Shown here: in pieces, positions 1-8,650 of the stretch
How positions within the stretch are numbered: the stretch's first letter is position 1
Layout: the number at the start of each line of letters is the position of its first letter
Assembly (NCBI GenBank): GCA_021654395.1
Contig: AP024486.1
Coordinates: 540,001-572,000 of the forward strand
Length of the DNA stretch: 32,000 bases
Source: Candidatus Saccharimonadota bacterium
Lineage (GTDB): Archaea > Micrarchaeota > Micrarchaeia > Micrarchaeales > Micrarchaeaceae
Reading direction: 5' to 3'
Notes under the pieces: generated by a model
Told to the model about the DNA's origin: nothing
Databases searched by the model: none
Seen by the model: the letters and a program-made list of their open reading frames with translations, nothing else
Program-made: the position numbers and the translations under genes

Positions 1-1
1 C

Positions 2-739
2 TTTAGATCTTATATAAAAGATCTCAAGAAGAGTCTTAACAAGATAGATAAATTAGTAAGTAAAAATATAGTGGACGATATTGATAGCTATAAGAAAATA
101 TTATACAGTATAAAAGGCATATTAGATAGCTATAATAGTAGTAAGAATGGCTTTAAAGGTAAGCTAGCCTCTATAGCATTTAGGCATAGAAGTGAGAGTA
201 AAGATTTAGAGCTCTTAGACATTATAGAAATAAATCTAGGAAATATTAGTAATATAGAATCGATAATTTATAGTAAGGCAAATGACTATAGTATAAGGGA
301 TGTAGCTGATAAAGAATATATAGAGGAAGATAATATATATGAAAAAGATGCAGCTTGGATAAGGGTAGCAAAAGCAATAGCTGCATTTAATAGGGCAGAG
401 TTTATAATTAAAAGTATACGTAGTGATGAAGATAAGGCGGATGTTACAGCTAGCTATTTTATACTAATGCATCTAATTGATATTGAAGATAAGTTAAATT
501 ATGGCGTTTCTTTTAGAGAGATCTCTCCTTTCTCTATAGAAGATCTTTTTATATTAACATTCGGCATACTGCATAACAGCGAGTTTTCTAATTTTAAGAA
601 AGAGTATCTATACGGATCTATTAAATATCTGTTCGAGTATGGCAGTGAATTAATTAAGCTAGATATAGATGAGAGAAAATACTTTATGAAGAGACTACTT
701 GCAAAGTATCTAACTGGTTCTGCCAGTCCTACGACTTAA
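2..739 (+). CDS. hypothetical protein, probably 5'-partial (frame open to the left window edge)
   Basis: The ORF track gives a GTG start at 71. The same frame has no stop codon back to nt 2 (FRSYIKDLKKSLNKIDKLVSKNI then VDDIDSYKK...), so the gene may begin upstream of the window. It is K/E/D/I-rich and I recognised no motif. Confidence 0.5.
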   Translation, partial: FRSYIKDLKKSLNKIDKLVSKNIVDDIDSYKKILYSIKGILDSYNSSKNGFKGKLASIAFRHRSESKDLELLDIIEINLGNISNIESIIYSKANDYSIRDVADKEYIEEDNIYEKDAAWIRVAKAIAAFNRAEFIIKSIRSDEDKADVTASYFILMHLIDIEDKLNYGVSFREISPFSIEDLFILTFGILHNSEFSNFKKEYLYGSIKYLFEYGSELIKLDIDERKYFMKRLLAKYLTGSASPTT

Positions 740-898
740 TGCTTCTATAGAGTTCTTTGCTATTGACAGATTACAAGAGTCGTGAGTTGAACACCATTCC
801 TGACACTTCTCTGCTAGCTCCTTATCTTTATAATGTAGCTTGCATATCTCGCAGTAGTATGCATTTAGTGATCTATCAAACTTAACCATATCTACCAC
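710..898 (-). CDS. small Cys-rich putative zinc-binding protein (62 aa)
   Basis: Contains CEIC-x12-CQEWC plus HDSC (YYCEICKLHYKDKELAEKCQEWCSTHDSCN), a zinc-ribbon-like spacing. It converges on and overlaps the previous gene by 30 nt. The family was not recognised. Confidence 0.45.
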   Translation of the reverse strand: MVDMVKFDRSLNAYYCEICKLHYKDKELAEKCQEWCSTHDSCNLSIAKNSIEALSRRTGRTS

Positions 899-933
899 TA
901 TCTAGGAATCTCTTTATTTAAAAAATTTAAAAA

Positions 934-2679
934 TCATACTACTGGTCTAATATTACTGAATTTATAAGAGGGCATTACGCCATTAGGTGGATAATCTGTT
1001 ACATATACATACTGTATAGTAAATGTTCCGTTGAAATTATTCGTATCTACTAAGACATAATATCCTGTGCCTGTTGGATTTATATCTTCGTAATATCCTG
1101 TGCCTGTTGAATTTATATTTTCGTAATATACTAGCCCGGTAAATTCATACTGACCTGGAACTCTGATACTAGTTGATAGCCATCCTATATACGGCTTATA
1201 GCAAGATGAATTTGGGTAGCTATTCTGATAGTATGTTACTAAAGTGTGGTCTACTGCACGAGAGTATAGATTATTTGAATAGATAAAGTTCCATCCCCTC
1301 GGTTGAGAGAACGTTGCACTATTGTCTATTGTAAAGGTAAATGGGAACCATGAGAACCATGTCGTCCAAAGATTTCCATTTAAGCTAGTTCCTATGAAGT
1401 TATCGTAGAAAGGAAATACATTCGCTCCATCATCGTATTCTGCATATAAGGAGCAGCTAGTAACTGGTGTATTTCCACATGGTAGTTGCGGCGCTTCACC
1501 AACATTGTTTGTATTAAAGAAGTTAGTCAATTGACTTCCGAAGCCTATAGCTATTACTTCTTGAGAGTTGGCTGGTATGCCATTTACTTTGATCCACCAG
1601 TATGCATTACTGCTAGAGTAATTTGCTAACCAAGATGGTATTACTGTTCCGTTATTCGGGTAGAAGAATACTACATTCTGGCCAAAGTTATTACCATACT
1701 TTGCTATAGAGCTCCATAATAAGAATTCGCTAGAGTTAATCTGTATAAGCTGCTGGTATGGATTAGGTGTAGGCTGGCTTTGATTGTTTTTAAGAGTTAT
1801 AAGAGCATACTCCAATACGCCGCTAGGTACTGTAACTTGGTTGTTTCCTATTTTGATTCCAATAAGGTTAACAAATGCAGTTGGTTGCAGCGGATAATGC
1901 AAGAATCTACTATTGTATATCTTATATGGATTCGATTGTGAGTTATAAGATAGATTATTCGCTTTTAGTCTATCTATTATTGATAGATTATCTAAAGGCA
2001 AAGCAGAAAGGTTATGAGCATACAGGATATCGCAGCTTGGTATAGTTGAGGTAGTTGTTGATACTGATGTAGATGTTGATGTTGTGCTAGTTGTGGTAGA
2101 AACTGTTGTTGTGGATGTAGTAATAACTGTTATCTGTTGATTGACTGTATGTAATGTTACTGATAAAGCTGCACCACCAGGGAAATCATTTATTGTATCG
2201 TAATATTTGATAGCTACATATCCAGAGAATACCGTGCCCGTAGTTCCAGTAAAGTTTGCACCGTTATATAGGCAGTTAGTACTCAGCTCTACTTCTTGGG
2301 AAGGTTCTACTGTTATCTGCTGAGTAAGGTTATGAAATACCAGATCATTAGGGTTATTGGAGCATGCAACTGCAGTTATGTTTATAGGATACTGTAATTC
2401 AGAGGTTATACCAACTAAGACTTTTCCAGTTGTATTTATATCAGCAGAGTTGCAGTATAGATCGTTCTCTCCAATACATGTATTTGATACAAAAGTACTG
2501 CTGTTAAATACGTTTAAGTATATAAGCAGTATCAGTACAGCAGCTATTACTAGTATTGCCCATCCATATGTTGTTAAGAAATCTACTGAAGCCTGCTGCT
2601 TCTTTTTTTGCCCAACTAAATATAACGACTCTTTTCTTTTTTTACTAGCTGTAGCTTTATGACTATTAATTCTAGCCAT
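934..2679 (-). CDS. paralog A: class III (pilin-type) signal peptide + four-Cys domain + Thr/Ser stalk + DUF2341-like/ConA-LamG-like module, secreted surface protein
   Basis: The N-terminus MARINSHKATASKKRKESLYLVGQKKKQQASVDFLTTYGWAILVIAAVLILLIYL has a basic leader, a QxSxD motif and a hydrophobic helix. The stalk is TTSTTTVSTTTSTTSTSTSVSTTTSTIP. The C-terminal half has ITLKNNQ...YQQLIQIN...GQNVVFFYPNNGTVIPSWL...YWWIKVNGIPANSQEVIAIGFG...AEYDDGANVFPFYDNF...YPPNGVMPSYKFS. It is paralogous to 14801-15916 and 16063-18081. Domain names are by pattern only. Confidence 0.85.
   Translation of the reverse strand: MARINSHKATASKKRKESLYLVGQKKKQQASVDFLTTYGWAILVIAAVLILLIYLNVFNSSTFVSNTCIGENDLYCNSADINTTGKVLVGITSELQYPINITAVACSNNPNDLVFHNLTQQITVEPSQEVELSTNCLYNGANFTGTTGTVFSGYVAIKYYDTINDFPGGAALSVTLHTVNQQITVITTSTTTVSTTTSTTSTSTSVSTTTSTIPSCDILYAHNLSALPLDNLSIIDRLKANNLSYNSQSNPYKIYNSRFLHYPLQPTAFVNLIGIKIGNNQVTVPSGVLEYALITLKNNQSQPTPNPYQQLIQINSSEFLLWSSIAKYGNNFGQNVVFFYPNNGTVIPSWLANYSSSNAYWWIKVNGIPANSQEVIAIGFGSQLTNFFNTNNVGEAPQLPCGNTPVTSCSLYAEYDDGANVFPFYDNFIGTSLNGNLWTTWFSWFPFTFTIDNSATFSQPRGWNFIYSNNLYSRAVDHTLVTYYQNSYPNSSCYKPYIGWLSTSIRVPGQYEFTGLVYYENINSTGTGYYEDINPTGTGYYVLVDTNNFNGTFTIQYVYVTDYPPNGVMPSYKFSNIRPVV
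1057..1128 (-). repeat. 33-bp in-frame tandem duplication inside paralog A (YYENINSTGTG / YYEDINPTGTG / YY)
   Basis: The plus strand reads ...ataatatcctgtgcctgttggatttatatcttcgt / aatatcctgtgcctgttgaatttatattttcgt aatat. That is two 11-codon units with a few substitutions. The unit is single-copy in paralogs B and C (GYYSLANPT / GYYTLANPT). Confidence 0.8.
2038..2121 (-). repeat. Thr/Ser-rich low-complexity stalk of paralog A (about 28 aa)
   Basis: Codon-level ACx/TCx low complexity encoding TTSTTTVSTTTSTTSTSTSVSTTTSTIP. Confidence 0.8.
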
Positions 2680-2699
2680 AGTTAAAGTATAAATACTAA

Positions 2700-2716
2700 T
2701 ATATATAAAGTTATCT
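2700..2716 (-). promoter_or_regulatory. putative BRE/TATA of paralog A (leaderless-type spacing)
   Basis: The minus strand reads tRNA end-TTTAAATTAAAAGATAACTTTATATATATTAGTATTTATACTTTAACT-ATG. CTTTATATAT lies about -31 to -22 from the ATG and is preceded by an A-rich stretch. Confidence 0.35.
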
Positions 2717-2727
2717 TTTAATTTAAA

Positions 2728-2799
2728 TGGGCTCGCGGAGAGTCGAACTCCGATCTCTAGCGTGTAAGGCTAGCGTCTTAACCGTTGGACTACGAGCCC
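2728..2799 (-). tRNA. tRNA-Val (anticodon UAC)
   Basis: The minus strand folds as a cloverleaf: acceptor GGGCTCG/CGAGCCC (7 perfect bp), anticodon stem CTAGC/GCTAG, loop CT-TAC-AC, T-arm CGGAG-TTCGACT-CTCCG and discriminator A. No CCA is encoded. Confidence 0.9.
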
Positions 2800-2906
2800 T
2801 ATTGAATAAATTAGATTTAATCTAAATAAGTTATTAATATCTTCTTTAGTAGAATTACATTAAAAAGAATGATTCAACTATTCATAAAAGTTACTGCATT
2901 TATATC

Positions 2907-3512
2907 TCATTTATTAGTATTATTGTCATCATTACCTTTATCCTCTGGATCGCCTCTTATCGGGCTTCGGTTACTCTCTTCGCTATGTGCGTTTCGTTCA
3001 TCTCTTATCTGTTTTTGTTCATTTTCTTCTTTCTTACTAAATTTAGTAACAATTATACCTTTACTTATTATAACCACTATACTTCTCCAAGTTGTACGTA
3101 AATAGATCTCCTTTCTTTCTTTGTCTGAATTAACAAGATAAGCATTGTAAACAGCAACAGTATCTCCTATATTTAAATTGTCTATCTCTATAGGAGATTT
3201 TAGATATGCAGTATTACCATGCACATCTTCAAATTTATATATCTTATAATTTTTACCATTTATATCTATATCGCTTATGCCACTAACTACTCCTCTAATA
3301 TCTACTAAGCCGTCTCTTGGTCTTCTAGTTAATAGAGTCAAGTCCTTGAACACTAGCTTTGGATCTATATAATAGCTCTTACTTGAAAATAGATTAGCGA
3401 CTGCATTACCAATCTCTAAGTCCTTTTTTCCTACTAGATTTTTTCTAAATGGAGAAGGAAGCCTAAAGCTTGCTATTCCATCTTTAATGGTATTGAGATT
3501 GAATTTATTCAT
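2907..3512 (-). CDS. OB-fold-like nucleic-acid-binding protein with charged disordered C-terminal tail (SSB/RPA-like, tentative)
   Basis: The core (VDIRGVVSGISDIDINGKNYKIYKFEDVHGNTAYLKSPIEIDNLNIGDTVAVYNAYLV) resembles an OB-fold barrel pattern. The tail KKEENEQKQIRDERNAHSEESNRSPIRGDPEDKGNDDNNTNK is highly charged. The function is a guess. Confidence 0.4.
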   Translation of the reverse strand: MNKFNLNTIKDGIASFRLPSPFRKNLVGKKDLEIGNAVANLFSSKSYYIDPKLVFKDLTLLTRRPRDGLVDIRGVVSGISDIDINGKNYKIYKFEDVHGNTAYLKSPIEIDNLNIGDTVAVYNAYLVNSDKERKEIYLRTTWRSIVVIISKGIIVTKFSKKEENEQKQIRDERNAHSEESNRSPIRGDPEDKGNDDNNTNK

Positions 3513-3592
3513 AATGATCTTAATTAAAGTGTAGATTCTGATATATAAAGCTTCTCTTTGTGTTTAACTCTATTCAAATAGTAATTAATACT

Positions 3593-3630
3593 AAAAAGCC
3601 TTTTAAATCATAAGATTAAAAAGGCTTTTA
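3593..3630 (-). terminator. hairpin plus T-run just downstream of the aminotransferase stop
   Basis: AAAAGCCTTTT-(loop aaatcataagatta)-AAAAGGCTTTT forms an ~11-bp stem. On the minus strand it is followed by CTTTTTAG. It lies 6 nt after the stop at 3636. Confidence 0.35.
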
Positions 3631-3635
3631 ATACC

Positions 3636-4862
3636 CTATCTAGAATGAGCATTGCAGAACTCTTTAATTCTCTCTATAGCATCCTTTATTATATCTTCAT
3701 CTGGCAGTGCAACGAATCTGACATGCCCTGGAGCGCCAAAGCCAGATCCTCTAGTTATCTGCACATACTTCTCCTCTAGTAGCTTATGTACGAATTCAGC
3801 ATCATCTTTTATATCTAGCCTAGAAAGATCTGCTCTAGGGAATACATAGAATGCGCCATTAGGCCTTACACTCTTAAAGATCTCCTTTGGAAGATTATCT
3901 AATATAATATCAACTCTGCGCTTTATAGAGTCTACCATGTAGCTTATATGCTTATTATGCTCTGCCTCATTGCTTATAGCTTCAGCTATAGCATACTGTG
4001 CTGGTGTATTGCTAGATAGTCTAAGAGATGCTAGCTCATATATTGCCTCTTTTAGCTGTTTAGACTCTTCATCATCCTCTGGTATAATTATAAATCCGAG
4101 TCTTAAACCCGTTGCATCATATACCTTAGAAGCACCATGCAGTATAACTCTTCTTACGCCTTTGCCCAAGCTACTTATGCTAGTAAAGCTTGCATTATTA
4201 AATACTATCTCATCATATATCTCATCAGATATAAGCAAGATATTATTATCATTTGCTATATCTATTATTCTATCAAGAGTCTTCCTATCTAGTACTGTGC
4301 CTGTTGGATTATTAGGATTTGTTATAAGCATATATCTGACTTTCTTAATGCTTCCATCTGCCTTTAGCGCCTTTACTGTCTGCTCTAGCTGATCGATATC
4401 TATGCTCCATGCACTCTCTTCTTTATAGTCTAGTATTATTGAATCTCCCCCATAAACCTTAAGATAAGGTAGATAGCTAGGGTAGTATGGCTTAAATAGA
4501 ACCGCCTTACTGTTACTATCTATTAAAGAGAAGTTTAAGAAGCTTAAAGCTTCTGATACGCCTTCTGTTACAAATACATCCTCTTTTTTAATATCTATGT
4601 TGTACCTCTTAGAGTATCTATTAGCTACGGCCTCTCTAAGCTCATCAATTCCAACAGGATTAGAGTAGCTATTCTTATTATTCTCTATAGCTCTCTTATA
4701 AGCCTCTTTTATATAGTCTGGCAAAGGAAAGTACTTCGTCGGATCTCCAGAGTTCATCTTTATTACTTTCTTACCTTCCTTAATAAGTCTTTCAGCAAGC
4801 CTATCCTCTTCATGTAATGGAACAGATACATACTTTACTCTGTCAGCTAGCATATCTATCAA
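3636..4862 (-). CDS. PLP-dependent class I/II aminotransferase (aspartate/alanine aminotransferase-like)
   Basis: Motifs seen are ITNPNNPTG, SDEIYDEIVF and SKVYDATGLRLGF (PLP lysine context) at 408 aa. Substrate specificity cannot be determined by eye. Confidence 0.85.
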   Translation of the reverse strand: MIDMLADRVKYVSVPLHEEDRLAERLIKEGKKVIKMNSGDPTKYFPLPDYIKEAYKRAIENNKNSYSNPVGIDELREAVANRYSKRYNIDIKKEDVFVTEGVSEALSFLNFSLIDSNSKAVLFKPYYPSYLPYLKVYGGDSIILDYKEESAWSIDIDQLEQTVKALKADGSIKKVRYMLITNPNNPTGTVLDRKTLDRIIDIANDNNILLISDEIYDEIVFNNASFTSISSLGKGVRRVILHGASKVYDATGLRLGFIIIPEDDEESKQLKEAIYELASLRLSSNTPAQYAIAEAISNEAEHNKHISYMVDSIKRRVDIILDNLPKEIFKSVRPNGAFYVFPRADLSRLDIKDDAEFVHKLLEEKYVQITRGSGFGAPGHVRFVALPDEDIIKDAIERIKEFCNAHSR

Positions 4863-4901
4863 AGTATCTATTTAAATATAATATTTTTAAAGGTTAGATG
4901 A

Positions 4902-5579
4902 TCAATCCTTTGACTCTAATATAGCAGAGTCTATCTTGTATATAGAAGCGTCGCCTCTCTTCTCTATGTGCGCTTTCTCTATCTTTATCCTTTTCTTAAA
5001 TAACGGAGCATCTAATACAAAGCTCTCAGCTTCGCCTCCTTCAAATAGGAGATTTATCTTATACTTCTTATGCACCTCTAGGAGTCTATTAATCATTAAC
5101 TTATCTATCCTCTTTCCAAGGAAGCTCTCATCTAATCCCATAGCTGAGACCTGCGTTATTATTACATTGAATCTATCTGAAAGCTCATTAAGCTCCTCTA
5201 GAGGATCTATATGCCATAATGGTGCATAGCTATCTATATTATGCCTCTTGCATATGCTGTCTATCCTATCCTTTTGATATCTGCTTTCTATAGCTCCAGT
5301 TACAAGTAGATCAACATTATTATCTACAAGTATCCTCTCAAGATCATCTAGCTCTAGCTCCTTCTCTCCAGAGGTATAGCCAAATATATGCCTTATGCCT
5401 AAAGCTTCAGCCTGCAGAGATGTCAGCTCAGCATTTGGCCTATGAAACATATAGCTAAACTCGTTCTTTGATATAATAGTTATTAGTAGATCTATCTTTA
5501 TGCCAGAGTCTATTGCTTTATGTAATGCAAGCATGGAGTCCTTACCACCACTTATTAATGCAGCCTTCATATAGATCAT
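4902..5579 (-). CDS. PP-loop ATP-binding protein, diphthine-ammonia ligase (Dph6/MJ0570-like)
   Basis: Has the N-terminal ALISGGKDS PP-loop and the C-terminal FEGGEAESFVLDAPLF motif typical of the ATP_bind_4 family. The true start may be the internal Met 3 codons downstream of the track start (MKAAL). Confidence 0.7.
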   Translation of the reverse strand: MIYMKAALISGGKDSMLALHKAIDSGIKIDLLITIISKNEFSYMFHRPNAELTSLQAEALGIRHIFGYTSGEKELELDDLERILVDNNVDLLVTGAIESRYQKDRIDSICKRHNIDSYAPLWHIDPLEELNELSDRFNVIITQVSAMGLDESFLGKRIDKLMINRLLEVHKKYKINLLFEGGEAESFVLDAPLFKKRIKIEKAHIEKRGDASIYKIDSAILESKD

Positions 5580-5643
5580 CTTAAAGCTATTAGCTAGTAA
5601 TCTAATTTAAATATTTAATCTACTAAATTTAAAAAAGAGCATA

Positions 5644-6735
5644 ATGAGTAAAGCTGAAAGAGATAAGAAAGTAGAGGAGATAATGAGAAGGAAGGAGGAG
5701 CATATAAAGATATGCTTAGATGAAGAAGTAAATCATAAGCAGTCAACGCTCTTTGATGATATAAAGCTTATAAATAATCCGCTTCCAGAGCTTGATATAG
5801 ATGATATAGATACAAGAATAGAGTTCTTTGGAAAGGAGTTCTCTATGCCTTTTATGGTTGGAGCTATGACTGGAGGCGCAAGGCTAGCTCAGGAGATAAA
5901 TAAGAGAATAGCTAAAGCTATAGATAAGAAGAAGCTTGGGATGGCCTTAGGAAGCCAAAGAGCAGCATTATATGATAAGAGATTAGAGGTTACTTATACT
6001 GTATCAAGAAAGTATGCTCCAAAGGCATTTATAGGTGCTAATATAGGGGGTGCTCAGATAGCTAAGAAGGTAAGCATAGAAGATATAAAGAGATTAATAG
6101 ATATGCTAGATGCAGATGCACTATATATTCATCTTAATCCTGCACAAGAGCTAGTTCAACCAGAGGGAGATCCGTACTATAATGGAGTAAAGGATTCTAT
6201 AGAGAAGATAGTAGATAGCATAGATAAGCCAGTTATCGTTAAGGAGGTTGGGTCTGGTATAAGTAAGGAAGTAGCGGTAGATCTTGAGAAGATTGGTGTA
6301 AGCGCTATAGAGATAGCAGGCGCTGGTGGAACATCATATACAGCAGTTGAGTATTATAGAGCAGTTAAGTATAGAGATCCAATTAAAGCAGAGGCAGCAA
6401 AGACTCTATGGAGCTGGGGGATACCAACGGCAGCAGCGCTAATAGCAGTCAGAAAGGCGGTAAAGATACCTGTTATAGCTTCTGGAGGCTTAAGGAACGG
6501 ATTAGATATAGCAAAGGCATTGATACTAGGAGCAGATATGACTGCAATGGCAGGCCCTATACTTAAAGCTGCTTACGAGTCAGAAGCTAAGCTTATGCAG
6601 CTTCTGAATAGCTTAGAGTATCAGCTGAAAGCAGTGATGATGCTAACTGGATCTAGAAGTATAAAGGATCTAAGAAAGGCTAGATATGTTATAGTTAATG
6701 AGCTTAAGGATTGGGTTGATCAGTATGCAAGATAG
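5644..6735 (+). CDS. fni: type 2 isopentenyl-diphosphate delta-isomerase (FMN-dependent)
   Basis: Motifs seen are [41 protein letters not shown] and [20 protein letters not shown] at 363 aa. Confidence 0.9.
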   Translation: MSKAERDKKVEEIMRRKEEHIKICLDEEVNHKQSTLFDDIKLINNPLPELDIDDIDTRIEFFGKEFSMPFMVGAMTGGARLAQEINKRIAKAIDKKKLGMALGSQRAALYDKRLEVTYTVSRKYAPKAFIGANIGGAQIAKKVSIEDIKRLIDMLDADALYIHLNPAQELVQPEGDPYYNGVKDSIEKIVDSIDKPVIVKEVGSGISKEVAVDLEKIGVSAIEIAGAGGTSYTAVEYYRAVKYRDPIKAEAAKTLWSWGIPTAAALIAVRKAVKIPVIASGGLRNGLDIAKALILGADMTAMAGPILKAAYESEAKLMQLLNSLEYQLKAVMMLTGSRSIKDLRKARYVIVNELKDWVDQYAR

Positions 6736-7384
6736 CTTTAAGCTTCTAGATAAGAAAGATGCAGATAAGCTTATTGAGCTATTAGAGCAGCATTATAAGG
6801 ATGTTAAGTACTACCTAAACTTTTCTAATCCTTTGGAGCTGTTAGTTGCAGCAATACTGTCTGCACAGACAAAGGATACTGTAGTAAACTCAATAACACC
6901 AGAGCTCTTTAAGAGATATAAAACAATAGATGATTATGCTAATGCGAAGGAAGAGGATCTACTGCAGTATATAAAGAGAGTCTCTTATGCAGCTAAGAAA
7001 GCAGAGTATATTATAAATGCAGCTAAGATAATAAAAGAGAGATATAACTCAAAGATACCAGATACTCTTGAGGATCTTACAAGTATTCCAGGAATAGGAA
7101 GAAAAACAGCAAATACTATCTTAATAAATGCATTTGGTAAGGTAAACGGAATACCTGTAGATACATGGGTTATAAAGCTATCATACAGAATGGGATTATC
7201 TAAAGAGAGGAATCCAGAAAAGATAGAGAAAGATCTTGAGAGAATGATTGATAAGAAGTACTGGAAGAATATCGCTTACGTGCTTAAAGAGCATGGTAAG
7301 CAGATATGCGGAATAAAGCCAAGATGCGAGAGCTGCTTCTTAAATGAGATCTGTCCTAAGAATGGTGTTAAGAAGAGCGATTAG
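6698..7384 (+). CDS. nth: endonuclease III (HhH-GPD DNA glycosylase/AP lyase with Fe-S cluster)
   Basis: Has the HhH motif LTSIPGIGRKTANTILINAFG, VDTWV, and a C-terminal four-Cys cluster CGIKPRCESCFLNEIC. The more likely start is ATG 6725 (MQDSFKLL), which gives an 11-nt overlap with fni instead of 38 nt. Confidence 0.9.
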   Translation: MSLRIGLISMQDSFKLLDKKDADKLIELLEQHYKDVKYYLNFSNPLELLVAAILSAQTKDTVVNSITPELFKRYKTIDDYANAKEEDLLQYIKRVSYAAKKAEYIINAAKIIKERYNSKIPDTLEDLTSIPGIGRKTANTILINAFGKVNGIPVDTWVIKLSYRMGLSKERNPEKIEKDLERMIDKKYWKNIAYVLKEHGKQICGIKPRCESCFLNEICPKNGVKKSD

Positions 7385-8650
7385 ATGCTACTATATGCAG
7401 ATCTACATACTCATTCAAGATATGCTAGAGCTTGCAGCAGCAATATAACAATAAAAGCAATGAGAGATCAAGCGTTAAAGAAAGGAGTGAATCTGCTCTC
7501 TGCTGGAGACTTTACTAATAAGGAATGGCTGAATGAGCTTAAGAGCAATCTAATATATGAGCAAGAGGGCTTCTATAAGCTTTCAGAGAATGATAGTATC
7601 TACTTTGTATATGGCACAGAGCTTGCAACTAACTTCGACGATGGAGGTAAGCAGAGAGCAGTTCATACAGTTCTTCTCGTAAGCTCTTATGAGATAGCAG
7701 AGCAGATAAGGGATGCTTTAATAGGAAAGGGAGATCTTGAGAATGGGAGACCTGAGTTAAAGATAAGTAATGAAGAGCTTCTTGATATAATATTTAGCAT
7801 AGATGCTAATGCGATTGTTATACCTGCACATATATGGACTCCTTACTTCGGAGCTTTAGGAGAGAGGTCTGGCTTTAATTCTATAGAAGAGGCTTATGGG
7901 GATAAGGCATCAAAGATCTTTGCTATAGAGACTGGATTAAGTAGCGATCCTTTAATGAACTACTACGTCTCTAGATTGGATAGATATACTCTGCTGTCAA
8001 ATAGCGATATGCATTCATTAAAGAATATTGGTAGAGAAGCGAATGTCTTTAATATAGAGCCTAGCTTCAAAGCTCTATACGCTGCGATCAAGAGCCCTAT
8101 AGATAAGCTTATCTATACAATAGAGTTCTATCCAGAAGAAGGCAAGTACCATTACGATGGACATAGGAGATGCTCCTATTCTGTTAATCCATTAGAGACT
8201 GATGATATTATATGCAAGATATGCGGAAAGAGGCTTACATATGGTGTACTTCATAGGGTAAAGGATCTATCTGATAGAAAGGATCCTAATCAGAGGCCAT
8301 CTAGAATAAGATATATACATACAGTTCCTCTATATCAGATAATATCATATGTATTAAGGAGCAGTGAATACTCTAAGAAAGTTAATGAGCTTTATGATAA
8401 GCTTATAAGTACATATGGTAACGAGTATAAGATTCTATTAGATGTAAGTATAGAGCAGATAGCTAGCATAGATAAGGAGGTTGCCGAAGCCATATCTAAC
8501 ATAAGAGAGAATAAGATAAAGATAGATCCGGGATATGATGGAGTTTATGGGAAGCTAGAGCTACTTCCGTATAGAGCTGAAGGGGATAGAGACTCTAAGA
8601 GCAGATCTAGTAGCATTAAAGATAAGCAAAGAAAGCTCTTTGATTACTAG
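7385..8650 (+). CDS. PHP-domain nuclease, endonuclease Q-like
   Basis: Motifs in order are ADLHTHSRYARACS at the N-terminus, IPAHIWTPYFG, LSNSDMHSLKNIGREANVF, EEGKYHYDGHRRC...CKICGKRLTYGVLHRV (Zn finger) and a C-terminal PGYDGVYGKL. Length (421 aa) and motif order match the EndoQ architecture as I remember it. The start ATG directly abuts the nth stop (TAGATG). Confidence 0.65.
   Translation: MLLYADLHTHSRYARACSSNITIKAMRDQALKKGVNLLSAGDFTNKEWLNELKSNLIYEQEGFYKLSENDSIYFVYGTELATNFDDGGKQRAVHTVLLVSSYEIAEQIRDALIGKGDLENGRPELKISNEELLDIIFSIDANAIVIPAHIWTPYFGALGERSGFNSIEEAYGDKASKIFAIETGLSSDPLMNYYVSRLDRYTLLSNSDMHSLKNIGREANVFNIEPSFKALYAAIKSPIDKLIYTIEFYPEEGKYHYDGHRRCSYSVNPLETDDIICKICGKRLTYGVLHRVKDLSDRKDPNQRPSRIRYIHTVPLYQIISYVLRSSEYSKKVNELYDKLISTYGNEYKILLDVSIEQIASIDKEVAEAISNIRENKIKIDPGYDGVYGKLELLPYRAEGDRDSKSRSSSIKDKQRKLFDY

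Noticed and set aside
2811-2825. Perfect 7+1+7 palindrome TTAGATT-T-AATCTAA, 12 nt upstream of the tRNA-Val(UAC) 5' end
   Set aside because: It is short and made of A/T-rich sequence where such palindromes arise by chance. It overlaps the expected tRNA promoter region and is not repeated upstream of the other two tRNAs.
2357-4392. Plus-strand ORFs 2357-2662, 2869-3105, 3652-3849 and 3970-4392 (also 4936-5229, 29751-30035, 30072-30269, 30402-30617)
   Set aside because: All lie entirely antisense to well-supported genes and encode S/L/I/F-rich low-complexity peptides. That is typical of the reverse frame of K/E/D-rich AT-rich coding sequence.
6698-6735. 38-nt overlap between fni and nth as a possible unusual overlapping-gene arrangement
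   Set aside because: An in-frame ATG at 6725 gives a normal 11-nt overlap and an N-terminus (MQDSFKLL...) of conventional length for endonuclease III.
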